DNA from: Macrostomum lignano
Taxonomy: Eukaryota
Assembly (NCBI GenBank): GCA_002269645.1
Contig: NIVC01004613.1
Span: 1 to 40,501 of the forward strand
Direction: 5' to 3'
Length of the DNA stretch: 40,501 bases
The notes below the pieces were generated by a model that saw only the letters and a list, made by a program, of their open reading frames with translations, did no database searches and had not been told where the DNA came from. This document shows, piece by piece, positions 19,300-29,792 of this stretch; position 1 is the stretch's first letter; the number at the start of each line of letters is the position of its first letter. The translations under genes and the position numbers were made by a program.

Positions 19300-22200
19300 A
19301 GCCGCGCCAGCACTAAAGTCCCCGCTGAGGACTTTAGTCGCTCAGCAGGCCACTGCTGAGACCACCTCCGCCGCACCTGTACAGAATTCTGCACCCAAGC
19401 GACCTCGAAGGGATCCGTTTTTAACTGGTGAGATTCAAGGCCGTTATTTTGCTTTCTTGCTTGACACCGGCTCCAAGTGCGAAGTCCTAGGATTCAGCAC
19501 CTGGCACCGCCTATGTACCGACGACCTGACCCTGCGTGGCCAAATTTAGCCTTGCCTGCAACGTATCGTGACCTACAATGGTGAACCAATTCAAATGGTA
19601 GGCCAACTAACTATTAAAGTGAAGATTGGTAATTTCGAGCCAACAGTTAAGTTTCTGCTAGCGAAAGGATCGCACGACAACATCCTGGGCTTTGAGTTCC
19701 TAGAGAAGTACAGCACATCACTAGATCTCGCCGCCGGGATGCTGTTTTTCAAGGACGGCACTGCCGCACCACTTCGCTACACGCGAGCTGAGGCTACCAC
19801 GTGCAGAATCTACACAGCCGAGAGCACTATGGTGCCACCACTGTCATCAGCCTAAATTAAAATTAAGCTTGCAAAAGGACGAGAAGAAAATCAGGGTACA
19901 CCCGCTGTGATCGAGCCGCTAAAACCAGCTTGGCGCAAAGAAGATGTGCAGCATCTGGACGCAGCGCCGGCACTAATATCTATGGCTAATGGACAAGGCA
20001 CTATCGAAATGATTAATCGAGGAACAACATCAATCAGAGTACGAGCGAATGCCCTAGTCGGGATTGCTAGACCAATCAGACTGCCCGAGCTACAGTTCTT
20101 CCCGCTGCTGAAGCCAGAGGACTCTGTCAATCAAATTCAAGACAAAGATCCTGACTCTTGGATCAAGGAGATTGACATCAGCGAAGATCTGTCCAGTGAC
20201 CAGCGTGCTCAAGTCATCGAGCTATTGAAGAAGTACAAGACCATCTTCTCTCAGGGGCCACACGATCTTGGCCGAACTCATCTGTTCACCCACAGTATTG
20301 TGCTAAAGGACACGAATCCGGTGCATCTGCTGACTCGACGGATCCCACCGCATCTTCTGCCCAAAGTGGATCAGCTACTCAACGATCTCCTGGCCAAAGG
20401 CGTGATTTGACCGAGCTTCTCCAGCTACAACACCCTGCTGGTGATCATCCCGAAGAAGGACGGCAGCCTGCGGATTGTGCAAGATTTTCGGAGTCTGAAT
20501 CAGAAGTGCGGATATTTTCTATACCCGATTCCTAACATTCAAGAAGCATTCGCCAGCCTTGAAGGAAGCCAGCTATTCAGTACGTTCGATTTGAATAGCG
20601 GCTACTATCAGATTCCTCTGCGTCCGGAAGATCAAGACCTGACTGCCTTCGCCACGCTGCACCACGGACAGTTTGCCTACAATGTTATGCCTATGGGATT
20701 AAGTTCAGCTCCAGCCAGCTTCATGCACCTCATGAACACTGTGCTCAACGGGATTGCCTACAAAAGTGCAATAGCCTACCTGGATGATGTAATCGTCTAT
20801 TTTAAGAGATTTAATGACCATCTACGGCATATGGAGGAAGTATTCAAGCGAGTCCAAGGCGCTAATCTCAAGTTCAAGGGCAAGAAGTGCCATCTATTTT
20901 GGGCAAGTTTAAACTATCTGGGCCATGTTGTAATAAAAGATGGAATCAAAACCGACCCGGCGAAAATCGAAGCTATTCAAACCTGGCCAAGACCAAGAAC
21001 AGCACGACAACTTAAGAATTTTGTCTGCACGTGCACCTATTATGCTAAATTCGTACCTGGCTACGCAGAACTTGCTGCTCCGCTCCACAGTCTAATTAAA
21101 GAGAAGAAAATCCGAAATTTCAACTGTCTATGGGGAAAAGCCCAGCAAGACGCGTTTGACCAGCTCAAAGCAGCCTTGGCTTCGACATCAGTGCTCGCGT
21201 ATCTGCAGTTCAGTGAGGACCCGGAAGTTATGTTCATCCTGGACATGGATGCTTCTGCAACCAGAATTGGAGCCTGCCTGAGCCAACGCCAAGCTGACGG
21301 AGTTGAGCGCCCAATTGGCTATTTCTCCCGGCGACTCAAACCGGCCAAAGCCCGGTATCCGATCACTAAACAAGAACTATTGGCAGTTGTAGACGGAATG
21401 CGACATTTTCAATTCTACCTGCTGGCCAAGAAGTTCATCTGCTGAACCGACCATGCCGCATTAACCTGGATCTTAAGGCGAACCTAGCAAGAAGGAATAT
21501 TTGGACAATGGCTACAGCGCCTTAGAGAGTTCGAGTTTGAGATCCAGCACCGGAAGTCAAGTCAGCATCAGAACGCCGACGGTCTCTCGAGACGGCCCCA
21601 GGACGACGCCGAATGCATGGAGGAGGCCCAGCGTGAGGCAGCAGAGGAGGTTCAAAGTAAGCAGCCAGCCGCAAAAACGGGCGCAGCGGCGCTGAAGGTC
21701 CTCGACAGCAGCCATCCTAGCCCTCCGCTGAGCAGGAAGCCGTCGACCCGCCATAAGCAACGGAAACTGCCGACGAAGCCAAAGGAGTCCAATGGCGAGG
21801 CAACGCCGCCAGCAACATCGACAGCCAACAGCAAGCCACTGACAGCGCTGCACCCGCCGGCGACGAAGCCGCGGCCATCAGCCAGCCGTTTTCGAGACTC
21901 ACAGAGGTCGCCCACTAGTTTTAGCAGCACGACATGTTGCCCGTCAAGGAGCCGCCATCTACTAGCTAAAGGCGACGAGGACAGCGACCACAGTGCAGCC
22001 AGCAACGACAGCTGCCAACCCGCTCGGAGTCTGGTGTTCAAGAAACGAGTGAGATTCAGCATCGACGCCAACAGTTCTGCTGACTTACCCTCATCTGCTG
22101 ATGAAGCTAATGCCGACAGTGACGCCGACGCGACCGACGAGGATTGGCCTTCAAATTCTTCATCGACCCAGCAACCGGCCAGAGTAGCGATTATGTGGAG

Positions 22201-23836
22201 GGAGCTCCAGACCCCGAACCATGCCGCCACAGCCGAAGCCGCGCCGACAAATTCGACTAATCCGACTAATCGACGCCAAACTCTGAATCTAACTGATCAC
22301 ATTCCGAGGCCAGTCACCCGCGAGGAGCTCCAGACCCATCAGCGAGCTGACTCTGCCATTGCAATGATGATCAACTTAATTGAAAGTCGACAACCGAAGC
22401 CGCCGCTGAATCAGTGATTAAATCTAACAAGAGATGAGCGAAATCTCTTAGCATTCTATGAGCAATTGGAAGTCCGAGACAACAGACTATTAGTCATCCA
22501 TCTCGACGATGTTGGCGAGGAGGACAAAGCGAGGATCGTCCTGCCGAAGAGCCTCGACCCCACTGTGTTTGCCGACCTGCATGGCTCGCCTTACTGCGGA
22601 CACATGGGCTGAGATCTCACCATCGCGAAGGTGCGCGAAAGGTTCTGGCGACTGGTCCTGGCCAAGGCCGTGTCCGACTATGTCGCTTCCTGCCAGACCT
22701 GCACTCAGAGCAAAGGACGGCAACAAATTCTGGCACTTGTACAGTCGTTCCCGGTCTGCGAAATCTATGGGTGATGTGCAATCGACATCCTGGGCCCCAC
22801 TGGAGACCCAACAGACCGCGGCAACAAGTACATCCTCACCTACGTTGACACGACGTCAAAGTATCCATTCGCTTTCGCCATGAAGAATCAGCGGGCCAAG
22901 ACGATTATCACTCTGCTCCAGGAACAAGTGTTTCCAATCACCGGAATCCCGGCATGGATTCACTCCGATCAAGGGAAACAGTTCACAGGACACGAGTTTC
23001 GACATTTCTGCGAAGTCTATGGCATTCGACAGACTACGACGCCGCCATACTCGCCCTGGGCCAGCGGACAAGCTGAGTCGTGCAACAAGAACATCAAGAA
23101 GGTACTCACGTGTCTCCTCGAAGATCATCAACAGTGGGACAAGATGCTGCCAGCCGCTCTGACAGCTCTGAGATCAGCTGTCAACCGTACGACGGGATTC
23201 TCGCCGCATTACGTCATCTACGGAGTGCCCTACCGGTATCCGATCGATAACACCCTAGACCGCCTGGACGTATCGCCGGACCTCCCCGAGTATATCGCAA
23301 AGCATCAGCGCAGACTGGCCGAGACCGAAAGGATTGTACAACAGCGATTGCAAGCTGAGATTCAACGTCGCATAGAGTACTACGAGAACCAACCCAAGCC
23401 TGTGGAACTGCAGCCCGGAGACCTGGTCTGCCTGGCCAACCCGAAGCTCGAGCTGGGCGAGCTGCCGAAGTTCCATCGGCCATACAGAAGCTTGTACAAG
23501 GTCAACAGAAAGGTCGGCAAAGTAGCCTACTGGATCCAGCCTGCAACAGCCCGACGTGGACGTCCAGCAGAAATACTCGTGCATTGCAATAACATCATCA
23601 AGGTGCCGCAGATGATGGCAGATCGACCGCAGGAGCCGCTGCACCAAACTGAGCGGCCAATGCTGCCTTTTGAGTCGAGTGAGGACCCAGCCAATCAGCC
23701 CACTCCAGAACAGCCAGCCGCAGCTCAGCCTGACCTGCGCGGCAGCCAATTGTTCGAGCCAAGTCTCCGCCATCCGGAAGTGCTGCCTGAAGTCAACCCG
23801 GATCTGCCTGACATCGGCATGGAGCTTGAGATCTAA
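19253..23836 (+). pseudogene. pol: Gypsy pol (protease, RT, RNase H, integrase), one frame, 8 in-frame stops, no frameshifts
   Basis: LLDTGS; RT DLNSGYYQI, MPMGL, YLDD; RH DASATRIG, ELLAVV, NADGLSR; IN H-x6-H...CQTC, IDILGP, SDQG, AES. Stops start at 19547, 19853, 20408, 21443, 21485, 22415, 22610, 22772. Confidence 0.95.
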
Positions 23837-24014
23837 AAGGTATTACCAATGAATTTGTTATTGCGCCAAGTTGCTAACTTTTGATGTGCATTACTATTAG
23901 TAGTTGTATTTGCAAATGCATTCCAATTCTAATTTTGCTGTAAGCTTTCTCTGCACCTGCTCTGTGCTGAAAGCCGATTTTAGTTTTTCCATTTAAGTTT
24001 GCCGTTTTGTCATT

Positions 24015-24508
24015 TCTCCTTATGCTTTCCGGATAAAAGCAGGCATCAATTTTCAATTTTAATGTACTTTTCCTTATGCTTCAGGGTAAAAGCAATTTCT
24101 CTTTTCCTTATGCTTTCAGGCTAAAAGCAGGCGTCAAATTTTAATGTACTTTTCTTTATGCTTCAGGGATAAAAGCAGATTCTCTTTTCCTTATGCTTTC
24201 TGGTAAAAGCAGTGTATAGTTTCCTGTGCTCATGTATAGCGCAAAATTTTGCTAATCTATTAAATGCAAATTCTTTAATCAGCACCATGCGCTCTGTAAA
24301 TTTCCTTATGCTTTATGGTGAAAAGCACGCACCAATGCGACAATTTAATCAATGTGTCCTCATTAAACAATGCAATATGGTATGATCATTGCGTTATTTT
24401 GCATTTTTTCTTTCATCTGAATTTTGCGCATCCCTGTTGCTGTAAGCTTCTTCGCACACATTCAAAGTGCAGAAGTGCCCCTTTCCTTATGCTTTCGGGA
24501 GAAAAGCA
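24015..24508 (+). repeat. Seven copies of the hairpin motif TTCCTTATGCTT(T)-Nvar-AAAAGCA downstream of pol
   Basis: Copies at ~24015, 24068, 24102, 24150, 24185, 24301, 24482; conserved TGCTT(T)/(A)AAGCA stem, variable loop. Confidence 0.85.
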
Positions 24509-25281
24509 GTGAATTTGTACACCTTACAGTTTGATTAAAACTGTAGGTAATTTAATTTCTTTTCAGTTTGCAAGCCCACTGTCTAAGGGCCAAACTGTCT
24601 TCTGCCCCGTTCAGGTCAAGCGCCCCCTGGATCCAGGCCTTGTCCTCAGCGGAGGGCATTTGAGGTGACTCGACCCCTGTTCTTTGTTTGTTTTGCTCGA
24701 GCCTGGGAATGTTGTGTGGGCCGCCAATTTGGCTTCCCCTCTCCCAGTGCCAGTTGTTGCCCCTGTTTCATTGTAACTCCTTATGGAGCCCCTTTGCATG
24801 CCATATCGGTAGCTTATTTTATTCTAACGTTCTCCTTAGTACGGAGCCTGTCTGCCTTTGCTCCTTTACTACTTTATTTTATTTTAACTATTATATACGC
24901 GCTAACCAGCCTTTCTTAACCACCCCACTTGATGTGAGCCATTTAAGGCACCCCAATTCATTCTGATTTAGACCCCCACCGCGGTTAGCTATCTGTTTTA
25001 TTACTATGTGATTAGTCACCCACCCTACCTCCGTGCCTACCATAGAGTGCATGAGGGGCGGTGACTGGTGCCTTGTTCCAATGCATGTTTTCCCCCTCAT
25101 TCATCGCTTGGGCAGCCGCTCGCATATTTAAGGCAGCAAAGTGCCCCTCTCCGTCGTCAATTTTGTAAATTTTCTTTGTGCGCTTAGCAAAGTCCAATTT
25201 GCCTCCTATATATATATTTTAGTTATTATTACTGCTACCCATTACTGATTTTGGTTGATTCGTTTGTAACTGGCGGTAGAT

Positions 25282-25887
25282 ATGTGCAACAACGCTATGT
25301 ATGGAGACGCGGCTCTGGAGGACAATGACCCGGCTTTTGATGATGCCTATGACAATGGTCAACTAGGTCCAGCATTTGCCAATGCTCCGCTTGCACCGGC
25401 CCCCAGCCCAGTGTCCAACGATGACCAGTGGCTTGACCAGTTCCTGGCCCAGGTCAGCGCCACCCAAGTACTCCCGGAAATCGACGATGATGCGATCCGA
25501 CTCCTAGAGGCGCGCCCAGAGATGCCCCCACCGCTGCCAGCTGCCTAGTCTAATGGCACGAGTAACGAAGGACAGGCCATGCTGCCCCAGGCCAATGAAA
25601 TGCAGGCCACACTGCAAGAGCCCAAGCTGACCCAGACCCTCGCAGAATTGCTGTACTGGGAGACGATCAGCGGACCTGGGGCTACTCTTATGAACGGCTG
25701 CCGGCTCTGGAGCCAGATCGCTGCCCAATACCCGCAGTCGGAGGTGGTGCTGGCAATCAACACGGCTGCATCACTCGTTGGCCCCATCTACGAGCCGACA
25801 CTGCCGGATAGCAGCTCGGCCCCTGTGCCACCCTGGCTGCCCTGTTTGCAGAATTCGGGCAATGCGACAGGATTCCGGCCCATCTAG
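25282..25887 (+). pseudogene. Additional Gypsy ORF (ORF3 position), ~200 aa across one TAG, function unknown
   Basis: ORFs 25282-25548 and 25579-25887 share a frame; GC-rich coding-like island in the AT-rich 3' region; no obvious signal peptide or TM segment. Confidence 0.55.
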
Positions 25888-26057
25888 AACAGCTCTGCCA
25901 GGATCTGAGGCTTGCCAGCTCGGCTCGGCCCAGGACCAACTGCCAGGGCGATACTGGCGCCGCCAACCAAGGCGGCCACCATTCGGCTGGCAGAGGATGC
26001 CACCACAGCAGCGGCTGACTGCCTAGTTTCTTCTGTTGTGTAGGGCCACCCCGCGCA

Positions 26058-27087
26058 TGTGGCAGGTGGGATGCCACAGTAATTGTTTGGACTCAGTTTT
26101 TTAATAATTTTAAGCGCTATCAAAACTTTAATTTACTGACCCAACCATTGTCTTTTTACCCCAATTTTTGTCCATCGTCTGCCCAGCTCCCTTTCCCTTC
26201 CGTGGCCTGGTTGCGTCCCTTTGCTGTTTTTTGTCATCCCTTCGTTGAAATTTTGTTATCCGCCCTGTCCCAATGTTTTTGAGCCGGTCCATCCCGTGAA
26301 TTTCTGTTTGCCCAGCGTTTGCTTCCAGTACTTGTCAGCCCCCTTTCGGGTATTTATTCTGCTAATTGTTGTGCCCAGTTTCCTCATACCTTCCCCTTCC
26401 TTCCATTTTTTCTCATCCCTACCGTTCTTTTCTGTTTTCCATTTTCCTCAACTAATAAGCTTTGATTCATTAAATTAGTGGTAATATTTTATTGAATTCA
26501 TTTAGCGCACTGGCGCCGCAAGAGCGAATTCATCTTGAGTGTTTAAATAATAGTAATATTAACTTTATTCAGTGCTCACCTGCTATTATCTTAACTAAGT
26601 TACCACAATAAACCGACATCATTAAATTAGCTTTTAATTTCATTTGTTGAGCCATAGCTTCTCTTGAATCATTTGCCCGTGGGGCGTAAAATAACCAAAG
26701 CTCTCATCTTAAAGAAAGCTCTAAGACTTATCCGTTCTGTAATATGTAAATTACAGTGGTGGCAGCAACTACCCTACTGGAAGTAATAAGTTCAGCAAAT
26801 ATACGCATTCATTTATGGTGTCTCATCGCTTTGAACGACCGCGCTGCTACATGACCGCTCTGCTACGATTACGACTACCCTCCCCCCAGACTTGAGAACC
26901 TGGCAGCCGGAGTAAAAGGAGAAAGATTTTTTCTGTTGAGATTCATCTGCATGATTTTTCTGGTTTTATTTGTGCAAACTCAACATTCGGCGGCAATTCA
27001 AACAAGGAATCCGCCCCACCTCACTGGTGTCAGCAAATTTTCAAAACTGACCAATTTCCAAGAAAAATCTTCTCCACCCCCACCTCA
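26058..27087 (+). repeat. 3' LTR (1030 bp)
   Basis: Starts TGTGGCAGG, ends CCACCTCA, followed by TSD AAGG. Confidence 0.95.
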
Positions 27088-28716
27088 AAGGTAACTTATT
27101 GGCACAACACTGGCAAAGATTTGAGAGTGGGCATGAACTCAAATTTTTTTTGGCATGCATTTATAATTATTCAATTTTTGTTTGGGCATGCACCTAGCAT
27201 GATCTAGACTATGGCGCTTAGCTATAACCATAGCTACTCTCCCCCTGACCCTGAGAAACTCAACAGCTAGAGCTCCCCTTTATTTTGCACCAAAATTTCT
27301 GCCCTGCCCTGAAGTTGTTTGTTCAAATTAAGACTAGCACCAATTTGAACAGCCCAAAAGTTGACAACAAAGCTATAAATAGCCAAGAAACTAAGCTTTA
27401 GACTATCTGTCCTCAAAACCCATTAAATCAAAAATAAAAGATTGAACAAAGCTTAAGATATCTTATTAGTGACTAATTACACCTACAGAATTAAAACAAG
27501 ATAGTCTATTTCTATTTTGGGAAAGGAATTTTTTTGGCAAAAGATGCTTTAGCAACAGTGAATTTTTTGTTTCTATATAAATTTTGGCAATACCCTATAA
27601 AATGTGGAATCCACTGCGGAATTGGAATAGAATAGCATAATAAAATGCAGAATCTACAATGGAATGGTAAACTGTGGAATCAACTGCGGAGTCTACAACT
27701 TGAAATAAAATGCAAAATATTGGAATCAAAAAATATAATTTTAAATACAAAGGCACACAATGAATTAAGACCACTTAATACAAATTTGAACATTTAATTC
27801 CATAACTTTCGCAGATTGCAAGAGCATTTTTATCTAATCAGTTATAGATAACTATAGCATCAATCAATTAAAGTAATGATGTGTTAGGTCATTAATTGCA
27901 ATTGAATATAGTTAGATAGAGTCCCTTGTCTCATTTTTTGAATATTGTAAGTCAGACAGTAATAAGACCACTTCAATAATTGTGCTAAGGGTGCTATAAA
28001 AATGGCCCTACTGATTCTGCAAATTTAAAACATCAAACTCAATACTACTCTAAGCCAAAATGATCTCAAACTCTCCTATAGAATGGGGAAAGGCAGAGCT
28101 CTATCGTTTGAGTTATGTAGGAAAATCAAGGCTCTATTAAACCAAGAGTTTCCCAGCGTGCCACAGCCACGCAGCTGGGAAAGTTGAAAATGTGCGTCTA
28201 GCAGGCCCTCAGGGGTTCCTAGTCATTTCGTCATCTGCCATTTCATCATCTGGGTGTCTGGGGTGCTCACCTCGACTATGCGTATGGTCACTTTGTCATC
28301 TTAATTAACATGCACTACCTGAAGAGAGTCATTTTGTCATCCACCAATCATATTAGTTCTAACTTCAAGTGAATTATTGTGGCAATTAAATATATTTACT
28401 TGGAATCCTAATGATCACAGTCATTTTGTCATCTCGATTGATAAAACCTGTCGTTTTTTTCAAGCTACTTTGCTTCTGGTCACTTTGGGCCTTTTCATAT
28501 TGCTTGTTCTGGTTCCAGAACCAGAACCAATTTGTAAAGTATAACTTTTTGTCTCCATAACTAGAGGGAGATACGTGCTATAAAGTTTTTATTATTGAAT
28601 GACAATCGCCAAAAAGAAAATGAAAAATGGTGCTAAGGGAGCTTGTTAAGGCAGTCAAACATTCAACAGAATTAAATAGTTATACTGCTGTTTTTCTTGG
28701 AAGATCCGAACTCCTT

Positions 28717-29137
28717 GGGGAAGGCAAGCAGGGTACAGAAAAGGCAAGCAGGGTGCAGGGAAGGCAATCAGGGTGTGGGGAAGGCAAGCAGGGTGCGGGG
28801 AAGGCACGCAGGGTGCGGGGAAGGCAAGGAGGGTGCGGGGAAGGCAAATAGGGTGCAGGGAAGGCAAGCAGGGTGTGGGGAAGGCAAGCAGCGTGCGGGG
28901 AAGGAAAGAAGGGTGTGGGGAAGGCAAGCAGGGTGTGTGGAAGGCAAGCAGGGTGTGGGGAAAGCAAGGAAAGTGTGGGGAAGGCAAGGAGGGTGCGGGA
29001 AGGCAAGCAGGGTGTGGGGAAGGCAAGCAGGGTGCGGGGAAGGCACGTGTGGGGAAGGCAAGGAGGGTGCGGGGAAGGCACCCTGCGCCTTGCAAGTCTG
29101 CCAAGCACCCTGCGCTTGGGGAAGGCAAGGAGGGTGT
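28717..29137 (+). repeat. 20-bp G-rich minisatellite (GGGGAAGGCAAGCAGGGTGT), outer arm of the left foldback
   Basis: Direct inspection. Confidence 0.95.
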
Positions 29138-29140
29138 GTG

Positions 29141-29680
29141 ACACCCTGCTTGCCTTCCACACACCCTCTTTGCCTTCCCCACACCCTCCTTGCTTTCCCC
29201 ATACCCTGCTTGCCTTCCACACACCCTCTTTGCCTTCCCCACACCCTCATTGCTTTCCCCATACCCTGCTTGCCTTTCCCACACCCTCCTTGCTTTCTCC
29301 ACACCCTGCTTGCCTTCCACACACCCTGCTTGCCTTCCCCGCACCCTGCGTGCCTTCCCCGCACCCTGCTTGCCTTCCCCACACCCTGCTTGCCTTCCCT
29401 GCACCCTGCGTGCCTTCCCCGCACCCTGCTTGCCTTCCCCACCCTGCTTGCCTTCCCCACGCCCTGCTGTCTTTCCCCACACCTTGCTGTCCTTCCCCAC
29501 ACCCTGCCGGCCTTAACCACGCCCTGATGGCCTTCTCCACACGTTTGTGGCCTTCCACACAGCCTGCTTCTTTTCACCATACCATACCCTGCTTGCCTTC
29601 CCTGCACCCTGTTCCCTTCCCTATACCCTGCTGGCCTTCTCCACATCCTGCTGGTCTTCCCCACACCCTGCTACACCCTG
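29141..29680 (-). repeat. Same 20-bp minisatellite inverted, inner arm, degenerating toward the transposase gene
   Basis: ACACCCTGCTTGCCTTCCCC units; switch point AGGGTGT-GTG-ACACCCT at 29131-29147. Confidence 0.95.
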
Positions 29681-29792
29681 GTGAAACTCTGAAGCTTATT
29701 TGTTTCATTTTCTTAATGCAATCTTAGCGTCGACCTCTAACAAAGCGTTTTGTGTTGATACTTTTACTCGTATTTTCTTTGGAAATTATCAG

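Larger units (their letters stand above)
17291..19316 (+). pseudogene. gag: Gypsy gag, interrupted by a LINE insertion
   Basis: Capsid-like region (FDIWIQALEERC...QQGKNESVDDY). Removing 631 bp (insert plus one TSD) rejoins the frame to the ORF carrying the zinc knuckle CYRCNCKHRADEC (CX2CX3HX4C). Confidence 0.88.
16192..27087 (+). mobile_element. Full-length Gypsy/Ty3 LTR retrotransposon (10.9 kb), decayed
   Basis: Two ~1.03-kb LTRs (TG...CA); 4-bp TSD AAGG at 16188-16191 and 27088-27091; gag then PR-RT-RH-IN order. Confidence 0.97.

Noticed and set aside
18250-19359. 369-aa plus-strand ORF across gag
   Set aside because: Antisense shadow of the GC-rich LINE insert.
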